A stretch of DNA of 64,000 nt from Planctomycetota bacterium (GCA_038060895.1 JBBTCT010000022.1:32001-96000), one strand, 5' to 3'; positions 30,392 to 41,176 are shown, counted from the first letter of the stretch. The notes: a model not told the origin generated them from the letters alone. Translations and numbers: made by a program.

Positions 30392-31774
30392 ATGGACCGC
30401 TTCCGAATCCCGCCGGATTCATCCTGCCCGTGCGGCAGCGGACTCGCTTTCAGAATCTGCTGCCTTCGCCGCTGGGGGTCCAGCAGGCCCCGCCGGCCTG
30501 GACCCAAACGCGTCCACAGGCCGCAGCCAGGAAGGCGCGGCGGCGCGCCAACGCCGTCGCAGGTCGCGTCCGGCGGATGGTTCACGCTCTGCCTGGTGAG
30601 CGACCTGGAAGTCGAAGTCGCGCGCCTTGGGAGCGATTCGACGCCGGATTCCATGAAGAGGCTCCAGTCCATCTTTCGGGACGAGAGCCAGCCCGAGACG
30701 ATCCGGCTGATCGCCGCCCATTCCCTCGAGATGAGAAATGCCCTTCAGGACGAGCCGTCGCCGCGCGTCCGCACCGACAGGCCGCTGCCGTTCGCCGAAG
30801 TTCCGTGTCACTGGCTGCGGTTCAGCCCGGTGATTCCCGAGAAATTGGAAGCGAGCTACCAGGAAGCGGCGGGGCTCTTCCGCGAGCAACGATTCGAAGA
30901 GGCGATCCGGTCCTGGGAAGCGCTCGTGCGGGACCATCCGGAAGTCTGCCAACTCCGGGTGCGCCTTGCGCAAGCGCTGGGGTTCGGGGGCAGGAATGCG
31001 GAGGGCATCGAGGTTCTGCGGCAATCGCTTCTTGATCTGCCGGGAGAGCTGACCCCCGCCGCGCTTTTGCTCGAGGGACTCGTCAAGGCCGGGGACCTGG
31101 TCGAATCGACCCGATTCGTGCGCAGCCTGCGGGCGCCGGCGGAGCTTCACGCGAACGGTTACCTCAAGCTGCAGTACGCCCTGGGCAACTGGGAAACCTC
31201 CCTGCAGTACACCCGTCGAGCCCGGGAGCGGCTCTTTTTCGTCCTCAAGGTCACAGAAAAGTCTGACTTTCAGCAGACCGTCATGAAAGCGCTGTCGGAA
31301 GCAAGCCTGACAGCAGGAATCATGGGCGCCCGGCATGAGCGGTGCCTGGAGCTGGCACGGCATCGAGTCCTGCGCGAGTGGCCCCTGCGCCGGTACCTGG
31401 CCCTGTGGAAGCGGGACGAGCTGGAGCTGGTCGGCGCGCAGCGCAATTCGGGGACGCCGGCACCGCAAGACCTCGGCGACCTGGTCGAGGCCGTCGCGGT
31501 CAAGCTCATCTCCCCCGAATTGGCGATGGAGACCTTCCTCGATCCTCTCGACGTCACGGCGCTGCGACACCTGCTCCGCGAGGACGGCCTGCTCCCCCTC
31601 GACGAGTTCCTCAGGCTCTACGCTCCCTTGGAGAATCTGCAGGACACGACGCCTCTCGTCAGCCTCCACCTCGCCGGCTTCCTCTGCACAGGCCGCGTTG
31701 ACGGCCGACGCAGCGTCCTTATCCCGCCCGACATGAAGCCGGTGGCGGAAGCGGTGTGCGCAGGGAACCCATGA
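30392..31774 (+). CDS. SEC-C motif / TPR-containing protein
   Basis: CPCGSG..F..CC at the N-terminus; TPR-like helices. Confidence 0.7.
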   Translation: MDRFRIPPDSSCPCGSGLAFRICCLRRWGSSRPRRPGPKRVHRPQPGRRGGAPTPSQVASGGWFTLCLVSDLEVEVARLGSDSTPDSMKRLQSIFRDESQPETIRLIAAHSLEMRNALQDEPSPRVRTDRPLPFAEVPCHWLRFSPVIPEKLEASYQEAAGLFREQRFEEAIRSWEALVRDHPEVCQLRVRLAQALGFGGRNAEGIEVLRQSLLDLPGELTPAALLLEGLVKAGDLVESTRFVRSLRAPAELHANGYLKLQYALGNWETSLQYTRRARERLFFVLKVTEKSDFQQTVMKALSEASLTAGIMGARHERCLELARHRVLREWPLRRYLALWKRDELELVGAQRNSGTPAPQDLGDLVEAVAVKLISPELAMETFLDPLDVTALRHLLREDGLLPLDEFLRLYAPLENLQDTTPLVSLHLAGFLCTGRVDGRRSVLIPPDMKPVAEAVCAGNP

Positions 31775-32388
31775 AGAGCCCCATTCAAATCCTGACGGTC
31801 GGGCACTCGAACCACCCCACCGAGAAGCTCATCGAGCTTCTCAGGACGCACGGAGTGACTGCAATTGCCGACGTCCGGTCCGCGCCTTTCAGCCGCCACT
31901 CGCCGCAATTCAACCGCGAGACGCTGGAAGCGATCCTGAAACGCGAGGAGCTCGAGTACGTCTTCCTCGGACGAGAGCTCGGCGCACGGTCCGACGATCG
32001 CTCGTGTTACGACGCGGCCGGGCAAGTGCAGTACGGGCGCCTGGCGTCAACGGACCTGTTTCGAAGCGGACTTCAGCGAGTGCTCGAAGGCGCCGAAAAA
32101 CACCGCCTCGCGCTGATGTGCGCGGAGAAAGAGCCGCTGGAGTGTCATCGGACCCTTCTGGTCAGCCTCGAGTTGGCGAAGCAGGGCGTCTCGATATTCC
32201 ACATCCTCGCGAGCGGTCAGCTCGAATCGCACGACGAAACGCTGGATCGGTTGCTGCAGATGGAAAAACTGGGCGGAGCCGATCTCTTCCGGTCCAGAGC
32301 GGACAAGCTCTCGGAGGCCTGCGCGCGGCAGGAAAAACGCATCGCGTACGCCACTGATCCGAATGCCGCCCCGCAAGAAATGCCATGA
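31771..32388 (+). CDS. DUF488 family protein
   Basis: TVGHSNH, DVRSAPFSR, LMCAEK.P..CHR. Confidence 0.9.
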   Translation: MKSPIQILTVGHSNHPTEKLIELLRTHGVTAIADVRSAPFSRHSPQFNRETLEAILKREELEYVFLGRELGARSDDRSCYDAAGQVQYGRLASTDLFRSGLQRVLEGAEKHRLALMCAEKEPLECHRTLLVSLELAKQGVSIFHILASGQLESHDETLDRLLQMEKLGGADLFRSRADKLSEACARQEKRIAYATDPNAAPQEMP

Positions 32389-32455
32389 AAGTGTTAAAAA
32401 CGGGTTCACAAAGAAGTCCGCCGAAGGATGACCTCGCCATCCTCGAGCGGCATGC

Positions 32456-32923
32456 TCAGGCCCCGGCGCGTGCGGTGTCGATCGCGGTCAGCTCGACAAA
32501 GGGAGCCAGGCTCGTAACTCGTCCGTGGCGATCTCGATCCGGATCAGTTCCGACCCACGTCCACGTGGCCTCACCATCGTCGCGAATTTCGACTTCGAGC
32601 GACACGTCACCCGAAGTCCATGCGAGTCCGACGCTGCCTTCAGGTGAAGCGGCGACGAGCGGGCTTGCGAGTCCTGGGATTCCCGCGAGATCAAACACCA
32701 GTTCCCTCGCAACTCGAATGGCCTCCGCGCTAACCGGTGATCCACCGTAGCTATCCCAGTTCTCGAGGACGTTCCCCAACTCCCGGAGTTTTCGATCCAC
32801 CGAAATCTGCCACGCGGCCCACACGCGTTGAGGGTGCGCCTCAAGGCTCGGAGCTACGACCGCCGCCGGACGCACATAGCGGTTCGCGGGCAACTCTCCC
32901 GAAGTCATCGGGGGCACGCTCAT
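32456..32923 (-). CDS. hypothetical protein
   Basis: ATG with RBS; NWDSYGG..A motif. Confidence 0.55.
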   Translation of the reverse strand: MSVPPMTSGELPANRYVRPAAVVAPSLEAHPQRVWAAWQISVDRKLRELGNVLENWDSYGGSPVSAEAIRVARELVFDLAGIPGLASPLVAASPEGSVGLAWTSGDVSLEVEIRDDGEATWTWVGTDPDRDRHGRVTSLAPFVELTAIDTARAGA

Positions 32924-33392
32924 GAGTCTTTCCTTCCCTAGCGCTCGCGCTGGAACACTTCCGTAGTCGTGGCCAGGAACCCGTGAAGACGCGAGCCGGA
33001 GTCGCCGCCCTCGAGCAACTCCTCGAGGCCACCCGAAGCCTGCCTTGGCAGAAGGCCGACCCGGTTGGCGAAGGCGACGAGTACCGCGCTCAGCAGGGCG
33101 AGAGGGTCTTCGTCTCCGCGCTGACGCTCGGGGAAGCGCCGGTGCATGTCAGCGTGGTGGTGGCCGGATGGGTGAATCTGACGGGAACGGGGAGACACGC
33201 GGGCACTGGCCACAACCCTCCAGAACTTCGGGGTCCTCGACCGGAACGACAGAGAAGATGCGCGACGTATGCGCCAAGGCGGGGATTTCGCCGCCCGACG
33301 GGGATTCCGCGTGAGCGCAGACGATGGCGGCGTTCGACGCGTACAGAACTCGAGACGAGACTCATGACTTCATCTGCGACTTCCCCCGCGAA

Positions 33393-33464
33393 TTGTCGGG
33401 TGACTTGTCGGGTGACTTGTCGGGTGACTTGCCGGGTGACTTGCCGGGTGACTTGTCGGGTGAC
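33393..33464. repeat. 12-bp tandem repeat, six copies (TTGYCGGGTGAC)
   Basis: read directly; encodes (TRQV)n on the minus strand. Confidence 0.95.
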
Positions 33465-33489
33465 GACACCTTCGAGTTCCTCCGCGGCA

Positions 33490-34025
33490 GGTTTTGACCG
33501 TGGCACCGCCCCTCCAGGGTTCTCCCCTGCTCGGTCAGCCGGTACTTCTGCCGGCTGCTCCTCGGCTTGTCCGGAATGGTGCGCTCCACCCAGTTCTCGC
33601 TCAGAAGTTGATCGAGGTAGTTCCGCTGAAAAGTCTCGCGATCGCGCAACCCCGTCGCCACCTGAAGCTCCCCACTGCTCAGCGGGCCATCGATGCATGC
33701 GCTCAGGGCACGTCGTACCCAGGCGTCGACTTGTCCGGTCGCTTGTCCGGTCACGGCGACGCTGGTGCGCCCGGGACTTCGCCGGATGGTCGCGGCGAAT
33801 CCATCCGTCAGCGCGAATCCCGGATCCTCAAGTCCCGCTCGCCGGCACCGCTCGATCATGTCGCCGATCCCAGTTCCCATCCGCTCGATGTACTTCGTGA
33901 GGTAGAGCGCCTCAGCGAGAAGCGGGTTGCCGGGAACCGAAGCATGGGGACGGCGCAGTTGCGGGAGAGTGAGCGATGGCGGAAGCGTCCCGGGGTTCCA
34001 GACCTCCAATCGGTCAGTGAAAATT
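33490..34025 (-). pseudogene. C-terminal fragment of an ATP-binding (RecG-C-like) winged-HTH protein
   Basis: DRLEVWNPG.LP, NPLLAEAL..YIERMGTG, TIPDKPRS..QKY; N-terminus missing; limits approximate. Confidence 0.75.
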
Positions 34026-34203
34026 CGCCGACAAACCGGTTCGCGCAGCAGGGCACTCGAATCTCCTTCAGCCTTCTCTCCTTGATGTGGCTGTAGCCGA
34101 TCACTTTGTGGCCCTCGGCGATCATGGACGCGTCGGACTTCAACGCCCCCGCCGAAACGATGCCCGGGAGATTCTCGATGGGAGTGATGTGGTAGACCGG
34201 CAT
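34021..34203 (-). pseudogene. N-terminal fragment of a DarT (DUF4433) DNA ADP-ribosyltransferase toxin
   Basis: VYHITPIENLPGI..GALKSD..IGYSHIKERRL..VGEF, broken where VPFYF is expected. Confidence 0.7.
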
Positions 34204-34254
34204 TCTTCTGATCAGGGGCGTCACGCCGGAGAGCTTGAGGATGTCTGCCTGCAA

Positions 34255-34432
34255 AATCAAGTCGTTGCGTGTCACGAACGCGGATGGCGAGGCCGAGGAC
34301 TAGCTCGAGGATTTCGTGGTCGTCGAGGGCGTCGAGACTGGCGCGGGAGAGGCGGGCGCGGAGGCGCTGGCGGTGGCCTTGCGCGTCGTGGCGTTTGCGA
34401 GGGGCCGGCTCGACGGAGTGCTGAGTCTGCAT
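34255..34432 (-). pseudogene. N-terminal fragment of RadC
   Basis: GHRQRLRARL...LDDHEILELVL..AI..RDT; JAB domain absent. Confidence 0.7.
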
Positions 34433-34608
34433 GGCCCGAGAGCTTGCGCCGATCATTGATTTTCTCCTGAGGCCTTTCCGATTCCCCTCCGATCATTGAA
34501 CCCGGCGCAGGCTCCATATGTTCACGAAAACTTCTGTTTTGCAGAATTTATGCCTTGAAATCTGATGAAGATAGGTTATTGTTAATCCATCTGAACGAGG
34601 AGGACGGC

Positions 34609-35721
34609 ATGCCTTTGGGCGACCGGCTGCGCTTTGCACGGGAACGATCTGGACTCACGCAGTCCGAGGTGTCGCTTCGAACCGAAGTCGGGGAATCCTC
34701 GCTCTCCGAGTTTGAGAGCGGACGGCGGGAGCCAAGCCTCGGACAGCTGGAAACGCTCGCAAAGGCGTATCACCGGCCGTGGACCTGGTTCGTGGAGTCG
34801 ACACCCGTCGAGTCCGCTCCCCTCGTTCTCTGGAGACACAAGCCAACATCGGGGGCGTCCGAAGTCGAGGCGCACTTCCTCGAATTGTGCCACGCGTTCC
34901 GCCGGCTGGAGATTCTCGAAAAGGAACCGGAGGGGCCAGGGTTGCTGATGGTTCTCCGAAAAGCCGACAAGTGGACTTACTCCGACGCAATAGACCTGGC
35001 GCGGAGAGTTCGCAATTCCCTCGCGCTCGGCGACCGTCCCGGTCCTTCACTGCTGCGCGTGCTCGAAGAAGTCTGGAAACTCAAGATCTTCCACCTGGAC
35101 TTCGAGCCTGAGGGAACGGCGGCATCCCATTTTTCCGACGAGATCGGGGGCTCGATTCTTCTGAATCGCCGAAGCGTCCGGTGGCGGAGGAACCACGACC
35201 TGGCGCACGAGCTGTTTCATCTGCTCACGTGGAAGGCCTTTCACTGCGACGGCCAGGCGCCGACGGAAGATGAGTGGCGACACGAGGAGAAGCTGGCGAC
35301 AAGCTTCGCCGCGGCGCTTCTTCTTCCGGAAGAGCCGTTCCGCGCGGCAATCGCCGAGCACAGCCATGGCGGCCGAATTGATGTGGATGCACTTCATGAC
35401 GTCGCACGGTCCTTCGATGTCTCCGTAGAATCCGCAATCTGGCGATTGCACATCCTCTTCAAAGGCCCGGACGAGAGCGACGACACGCGTCGACTGATCG
35501 AGAAGGCGAAGGCTCTGAAGTCCACGCTGTCGCTACGCCAGGATTCGCCCGCCCCGGAGTTCCCGGCGAGATACGAAGCTCTGGCCTGGCGTGCCCTCAG
35601 AAGTGGGAGGCTTTCCGTGGGAGCTTTCTCACGGACGATGAATTTGCCGCGGGCAAGAGTTCTGCGGCTTCTTGGCGAGGACGAATGGAATGGCGAAGAA
35701 ATTCCGATTCCTTCTCCTTGA
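34609..35721 (+). CDS. XRE HTH plus ImmA/IrrE-family metallopeptidase
   Basis: N-terminal HTH (LRFARERSGLTQ..ESGRREP); LAHELFH; FAAALLLP. Confidence 0.9.
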   Translation: MPLGDRLRFARERSGLTQSEVSLRTEVGESSLSEFESGRREPSLGQLETLAKAYHRPWTWFVESTPVESAPLVLWRHKPTSGASEVEAHFLELCHAFRRLEILEKEPEGPGLLMVLRKADKWTYSDAIDLARRVRNSLALGDRPGPSLLRVLEEVWKLKIFHLDFEPEGTAASHFSDEIGGSILLNRRSVRWRRNHDLAHELFHLLTWKAFHCDGQAPTEDEWRHEEKLATSFAAALLLPEEPFRAAIAEHSHGGRIDVDALHDVARSFDVSVESAIWRLHILFKGPDESDDTRRLIEKAKALKSTLSLRQDSPAPEFPARYEALAWRALRSGRLSVGAFSRTMNLPRARVLRLLGEDEWNGEEIPIPSP

Positions 35722-36214
35722 TGCCGACGTCCTGATCGAGTTGTGGCGGCGCGGCGTGTGGAAACATCTCCTGACGCTCTGCGATGTCACGATCGTCGAG
35801 ACAGTGCGCCATGAGGCGCGCTTCTTTGAAGATGCCGAGGGAAGCCGGCATGACATCGACCTGGACCCGGACATCGCGTCCGGAGACGTGAAGGTCGTTC
35901 AGGTTCCGATCGCGGAAATCCAGAAGCTGATGGAAGACATTCCTGTCTCCTGGCACCCCGACATGAATCCTGGTGAAACCGCTTCGCTTGCGTGGCTGCT
36001 GGCACAGCCTCCGGAACCGGCGTACCTGGTCTGCTCTGCGGACCACATCACGTTTCGCGTGCTCGGAATGAAACGAAGATCCGCGGCCGGGATTTCACTC
36101 GAGGAAGTTCTCGCTTCAATCGGGCGCGTCCAGAAGCTCGCGAGGCACTTCACGAAGCAGTACCGCGAGGACATCAGTCGACAGGGTTTCGCGGATGGAA
36201 TCACGGCGAGCTAG
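35690..36214 (+). CDS. PIN-domain-like protein (putative toxin)
   Basis: LLLDADVLI, GE.ASLA, SAD; overlaps the IrrE-like gene. Confidence 0.7.
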   Translation: MAKKFRFLLLDADVLIELWRRGVWKHLLTLCDVTIVETVRHEARFFEDAEGSRHDIDLDPDIASGDVKVVQVPIAEIQKLMEDIPVSWHPDMNPGETASLAWLLAQPPEPAYLVCSADHITFRVLGMKRRSAAGISLEEVLASIGRVQKLARHFTKQYREDISRQGFADGITAS

Positions 36215-36313
36215 CCCGCAGACCTCGCTTCACGCATTGATTTCTTCCGCGGGGCGCGGGTGATGGTGCGATTCCCCGACCCGAACAGATTCCCGGCTAC
36301 GATGACCACGAAC

Positions 36314-37120
36314 CTACCGGCAAGCCGCCGCTTCCGCCATCCGCTTCTTCGCCCTCTGCATCCCCAGCACCGCTGCGCCGAGGGCCGCCGCGAACTGCGG
36401 GTGCTCGGGGAGGTTCACGGGGATGGCGAACTTGCGTTTGCAGGCCTCGACGAAGCCGCTCTGAAGAGCGACGCCGCCGACGAGGGTGACGGGACCGTTC
36501 AGGCCGACTTTTCGCAACTGCCCCACGGCGCGGTCGGCCATGGACTCGTGCATGCCGCGGGCGATGTCGCCGATCGGGACGTTCTCGGAAACGTGGTTGA
36601 TGATTTCGGACTCCGCGAGGACGGCGCAGACGCTCGAGATCGGCTGGATCCCTTTCGCGTCGACGGAGAGCTTGCCGAGCGAATCGAGCGGAACCTCAAG
36701 GTACTTCGCGGCCCGCACCAGGAACGCCCCGCCGCCGGCCGCGCACTTTTCGTTCGTGTGGAATTCCTTCACCTTGCCGTTGTCGCGCAGGTGGATCGCG
36801 CGGGTGCTCTGCGCGCCCACGTCGAGGACGAAGGAGGCTTTGGGGAAGAGCGTCCACGCGCCGCGGGCGGCGGCGGTGATTTCGGTGACCTGGATGTCGC
36901 GGAAGGTGACGGCGTAGCGGCCGAGGCCCGTCGTGCAGGTGTAGGCGACGTCGGAAGGCGACACCTTTGCGAGGGCAAGCGCCTCGTCCAGCACGTCGCG
37001 CGCGCCCTTGTCGAAGTCCGCGCGCGTCTTGGTGATCGCGCGCGCGAGCACCACGCCGTCGTCGCGGTAGAGGACGGCCTTCGAGAAGCCGCTTCCCAGG
37101 TCAATTCCCGCGCTGATCAT
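36314..37120 (-). CDS. bcrD: class I benzoyl-CoA reductase ATPase subunit (BcrD/BzdP-like)
   Basis: [24 protein letters not shown]. Confidence 0.75.
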   Translation of the reverse strand: MISAGIDLGSGFSKAVLYRDDGVVLARAITKTRADFDKGARDVLDEALALAKVSPSDVAYTCTTGLGRYAVTFRDIQVTEITAAARGAWTLFPKASFVLDVGAQSTRAIHLRDNGKVKEFHTNEKCAAGGGAFLVRAAKYLEVPLDSLGKLSVDAKGIQPISSVCAVLAESEIINHVSENVPIGDIARGMHESMADRAVGQLRKVGLNGPVTLVGGVALQSGFVEACKRKFAIPVNLPEHPQFAAALGAAVLGMQRAKKRMAEAAACR

Positions 37121-37968
37121 CGTTTCGTGTCCTGAAGGCCGTCTTCCCACCCGCCGAGCACCGCTTCCTCGCACTTGCCCCTGGAAGCGGTTTCCGCGCG
37201 TTCGAGGGCGAAGAGTGCGGCGCCGATGGCGCCCATGTAGTGCGAATCCGCGCTGATGTTCAGGGGCGCCTTCAGTTTTTCCTCGAGGGCGGCGACCATG
37301 CCGACGTTGCGGGTGACGCCGCCGGTCATGGAGTACTCGGGGCCCAGGCCGATGCGCTGGAGGAGGGACATGGTGCGCGCGGCGATCGCGCGGTGGACGC
37401 CGGCGAGGATGTCGGGGACTTTCTTTCCCTGCGCGAGGTAGGACATGATGTCGGATTCGACGAAGACGGTGCAGACGGTCGAGAGGCGGACGGGGTCTTT
37501 TCCTTCGAGGGCGAGCGGGCCGATCTTCTCCAGCGGAAGGTCGAGAACCTCGGCGGAGGCCGACAGGAAGCGGCCGGTGCCTGCGGCGCACTTGTCGTTC
37601 ATGGCGAAGTCGACGACTTCACCATTTGCGCCGACGCGGATCGCCTTGGTGTCCTGGCCGCCGATGTCGATGACGGTGCGGGTGCCGGGGAACATGAAAT
37701 GGGCGCCGCGGGCGTGGCAGGAGATTTCGGTGACCTGCGAGTCGCCGAACGTGACCTTGTAGCGGCCGTAGCCTGTGCCGATGACGTAGCCGATCTGCTC
37801 GCGCTTGAGTCCCGACGAGGCGAGCGCTTCGTTGAACATCTTCTCCGCGGCTTTCGACACGTTTGCGCCGGTCATTGCGAGCGCCCGGCCGACGATTTCG
37901 CGATTGGAGTCGAGGATGACGGCTTTGGTCTGCGTGGACCCGACATCGACGCCGGCGCCGTAGATCAT
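37117..37968 (-). CDS. bcrA: class I benzoyl-CoA reductase ATPase subunit (short BcrA/BzdQ-like)
   Basis: [33 protein letters not shown]. Confidence 0.75.
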   Translation of the reverse strand: MIYGAGVDVGSTQTKAVILDSNREIVGRALAMTGANVSKAAEKMFNEALASSGLKREQIGYVIGTGYGRYKVTFGDSQVTEISCHARGAHFMFPGTRTVIDIGGQDTKAIRVGANGEVVDFAMNDKCAAGTGRFLSASAEVLDLPLEKIGPLALEGKDPVRLSTVCTVFVESDIMSYLAQGKKVPDILAGVHRAIAARTMSLLQRIGLGPEYSMTGGVTRNVGMVAALEEKLKAPLNISADSHYMGAIGAALFALERAETASRGKCEEAVLGGWEDGLQDTKR

Positions 37969-39215
37969 TGCGCCCCCCTCAGCAGTTTGCGGTGCTCCAG
38001 CGACTCAAAGAACGCGTCGATCCGGTTTTTCATCATCGCCTGCGCGTAGTAGCGAGGGTCTTCGAGGTCTGATTCGACCAGCAGCGTCGGGACTCCCAGC
38101 TCGTTGGCGAAGTAGTCGCGCATGTCGCCCTGGCCGGCGGAGAAGAGGCGGCAGCTCTTGACTGAGTGGATGACGAGCGCGTCCGCCTTCCATTCTTCGA
38201 CGTACCGGCGGATCTGCTTGTACCGGTCGAGCAGCGAGCGGTTGCAGAGGTTTTCCATGAGCATCTGTTCGGCGATCGACTCGAGCGGATTCTTCGGGTC
38301 GTGCCGGAAGCCGAACTCCCAGATGCCCCCGACCGTCGAGTAGGTGGACTGCACGGCAACGGCGTTCCACGCGGCAAACAGGTCGCGGAACTGGCGGTAG
38401 AACGGGTACGGCGGCGGCCCTTCCACGACGATGCGGAACTTCTCGATCGGGATGGGGCCCTTCTTCTCCTTTACGAGCGTCTCGTATTCCCTCACGGCGA
38501 CGTCGAAGAAATCCACGGCATCCTGCGTCCCGCGCAGGACGTTGATCGGGCCCATCAGGTTGATTGCGTCGAAGTAGGCATCCATCGGCGAGGGCGTGTT
38601 CTTGCACAGGTCCTTGCAGCGCTGCCAGCCGTCCTCGGCCTTCGCCGACAGGGCGCAGATGCCGCGCAGCTTGTCGATGTCGAACTTCTTCCCGGTCGCC
38701 TTCTCGCAGTCCGCGATCAGTTTCTTCAGCTGCGAGACGACGTATCGCACGTCCCCGTCGCTGGGCCGGTCGCTTCGCACGAACGGCACGTCGATCATGG
38801 TCAGGGGCACGCCCAGGAACTCGGAGCAGTGCTCGAACCACTTGATGTAGACGTTGCAGCCCACGAAGTTGCAGACGATGAAATTCGGCTTCGGGATCTT
38901 GCCGACTCCGGGCGCGCCTTCCCCGAACGTGAACCCGGCGTCCGCCTTCACATAGGCGCAGTTGTCGCTCGAGTAGCCCATTTCCTCGGCCTTGAGGATG
39001 AGGGGAAGCGACTGTTTGCGGATGGCGAGCTGAAGAGCGTTGACCTCGGGGAACACGGGCTCGATGTCGAACGCCCGCAGGATCTCGACGCAATTGCCGG
39101 AGATCATGAGGTACGCCGTCGGCGCGCCCGACTTCGCCGCCGCCGCGAGCCGGTCATACCACGCGCTCATCGCTTTACGCGACGCCTCGTGCACCGCCGT
39201 GCCGTATTCCGCCAT
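37965..39215 (-). CDS. bcrB: class I benzoyl-CoA reductase catalytic subunit
   Basis: [36 protein letters not shown]. Confidence 0.85.
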   Translation of the reverse strand: MAEYGTAVHEASRKAMSAWYDRLAAAAKSGAPTAYLMISGNCVEILRAFDIEPVFPEVNALQLAIRKQSLPLILKAEEMGYSSDNCAYVKADAGFTFGEGAPGVGKIPKPNFIVCNFVGCNVYIKWFEHCSEFLGVPLTMIDVPFVRSDRPSDGDVRYVVSQLKKLIADCEKATGKKFDIDKLRGICALSAKAEDGWQRCKDLCKNTPSPMDAYFDAINLMGPINVLRGTQDAVDFFDVAVREYETLVKEKKGPIPIEKFRIVVEGPPPYPFYRQFRDLFAAWNAVAVQSTYSTVGGIWEFGFRHDPKNPLESIAEQMLMENLCNRSLLDRYKQIRRYVEEWKADALVIHSVKSCRLFSAGQGDMRDYFANELGVPTLLVESDLEDPRYYAQAMMKNRIDAFFESLEHRKLLRGAQ

Positions 39216-39278
39216 GTTCCAACCTCCGCGCCGCCGTTTTCGCACCATCCCGATCCCCATCCCGATTCCGGCCGTTCT

Positions 39279-40421
39279 TCAGTCGAACAGCAACGACTCG
39301 ACGAAGGTCTCCACCTCTCCCCGCGTCCGTTCGAAGGTCCACATCTTCTCCTCGAACTCCACCATGAGGTGGGGGATGTTCTCCTTCTCCAGCTCGCGGC
39401 GGAAAATCACGTAGTCGAACAGCGCCGGTTCGCAGAACTTTGCGGGCATGAAGAGCACCGCCTGTGCGCCGGTTTCACGCACGCGCCGGACGAGGTCCTT
39501 GTGCCGGGGATTGTCGGGGTTGTAACGCGTCGAGGACGCGCGGCCGTGTTCGAGCCACGCGCGGGCGAGCTGCCGCACCGGGTCCGGGCCTTCCGGCACG
39601 TCGGTCGAGAACCACCGCCATCCCGCGCAGAAATCGTCGTCCACGACGTAGCACCCCGCGCCCTCCAGCGTCTCGATCAGCCCGACCGGCGGCTGCTCGC
39701 AGAACGCTCCTTCCACCACGACTTTCACCCGGTCCATGCGGCGGGGCTTCCTCGCGACGAATTCCTCCTTCGCCGATTCAAGCAGCCGGGCGTGCTCGTC
39801 GGGCGGCAGCATGGTCCCCGCGCGGACGAGAGGGAACAACTCGGCCGCCCCGATCCGCTCCGGTTCCTTCGAACGCATCGCGTACAGTTCCCGCATGAGT
39901 CGCCGCGGCCGGTTGTACTCGCGGATCGCCGCCGCCACCGCCGCGTCGTCGATGCGCCGCCCCGTGCGCGCCTCGAGCCCGGTCATGACGCGCCGGTACT
40001 CGGTGACAAGGTAGTCTTCCGTTTCCGGCCCCGCCGCGTTCTGCGGCAGGTGGATGTACTCGATGTGCATCGCCGGGAAGTTCCGCTTGAACACGCTCGC
40101 GAGATTCCGCGCGACGTCGCAGATCGAGTGGAATACCGCCCCTTCCATCCCCGTAAGCCGCTTCTGCAACCCCAGTTCCAGCGAGGTCTTCGCGATGGAA
40201 CAGACGAAGCTCTGGAAGCGCGCGTCCGCGTGGACGATGTCGATGGAGGCGCCGGCGCCCATGAGGCCGACCGGAAGTAGCCCGGCGGCGCGGATGATTT
40301 CGTAAGGGGAGTAGACGGGGAAGCAGCCGAACGCGGGGGCGTCACTGCGTTTCAGGACGGGGGCCAGCCCGGCGGACACGATGGCCTTGGCCTGCTCGAC
40401 GGCTTGGGAAGTGCGTCCCAC
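39279..40421 (-). CDS. bcrC: class I benzoyl-CoA reductase subunit C (start uncertain)
   Basis: QSFVCSI, SICDVARNL, GAFCEQPP, KFCEPAL, ETFVES. Confidence 0.85.
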   Translation of the reverse strand: MGRTSQAVEQAKAIVSAGLAPVLKRSDAPAFGCFPVYSPYEIIRAAGLLPVGLMGAGASIDIVHADARFQSFVCSIAKTSLELGLQKRLTGMEGAVFHSICDVARNLASVFKRNFPAMHIEYIHLPQNAAGPETEDYLVTEYRRVMTGLEARTGRRIDDAAVAAAIREYNRPRRLMRELYAMRSKEPERIGAAELFPLVRAGTMLPPDEHARLLESAKEEFVARKPRRMDRVKVVVEGAFCEQPPVGLIETLEGAGCYVVDDDFCAGWRWFSTDVPEGPDPVRQLARAWLEHGRASSTRYNPDNPRHKDLVRRVRETGAQAVLFMPAKFCEPALFDYVIFRRELEKENIPHLMVEFEEKMWTFERTRGEVETFVESLLFD

Positions 40422-40457
40422 AACGGCGGTGGCAGAGATTTCCACGGCGAATTGCGT

Positions 40458-40473
40458 TGCAAGCGGGATGCCG
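40458..40473 (-). promoter_or_regulatory. sigma54-like promoter of bcrCBAD
   Basis: minus strand CGGCATCCCGCTTGCA. Confidence 0.6.
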
Positions 40474-40545
40474 TGCAGAGTCGAACGGTGGAGTAGAAGG
40501 TCAGGAGTGACTCCTGACAAGCTCAGGGCAACTTTCCCCTCACGG

Positions 40546-41103
40546 TCACGGTTTCGCGGCCGAGCAGCTCTCTGTCGGGCAGGAGAACCCGTGCTGCCGA
40601 ATGACGCAATTGGGAGATTCGTAGGCACCGCAATGGAGGCACATTTCCTTGCCGCTCGGCTTTTCCGTAAGAAGCAGGTCGATCGCCGCTTCCAGCCCCT
40701 GCGCGACGATCCGACGCTTCACCTCCGGAAGACCCGCCCAGAGCCTTTCGATGCGGCGCATTTTGAGCGCCTCGTGCCGGCGGACGAGGGCACGGGCCCG
40801 CGGCGTGATGAAGAGATCCTCCGCGCGGCCGTCGGACAGGCTGGGACGGCTCTTCACCAGGCCCTTGCGGCGCAGCCGGCCGATGAGCTGAGTCGCGGCG
40901 GGGGCTGACGAAGAGAGGTACTTCGCGACGTCCTGAGCCCGGCGGGGCCCTGCGGAATCGAGCCACTTCAGGATGACGATCTGGGTGAACGAGGCGCCCT
41001 CTCCGTCGGCGGCGTTGACGTCGGATTCCAGGATGCGGCGGGTCAGGTCTGCGAGCATGTGGAGGTCCCGGGCGATGCGGCGGGCATGGGGTTCGTGGGT
41101 CAT
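40546..41103 (-). CDS. MarR-family regulator with a Cys-rich C-terminal tail
   Basis: wHTH (AATQLIGRL..KGLV..DGR..IT); CLHC..NC..SC..SC tail. Confidence 0.85.
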   Translation of the reverse strand: MTHEPHARRIARDLHMLADLTRRILESDVNAADGEGASFTQIVILKWLDSAGPRRAQDVAKYLSSSAPAATQLIGRLRRKGLVKSRPSLSDGRAEDLFITPRARALVRRHEALKMRRIERLWAGLPEVKRRIVAQGLEAAIDLLLTEKPSGKEMCLHCGAYESPNCVIRQHGFSCPTESCSAAKP

Positions 41104-41176
41104 GGGGCTCCTGAGGCGGGGGATCCTGATGCCGTCGCCAGCATGTCAGGAGGTGTGTTCGCGGACCCGGTGATTT

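Noticed and set aside
32938-33213. Small minus-strand ORF upstream of 32923
   Set aside because: No motif or clear start; possibly a remnant, so not called.
33393-33464. CRISPR array or iterons
   Set aside because: Contiguous 12-bp units with no spacers and no cas or rep genes; a coding-type low-complexity repeat.
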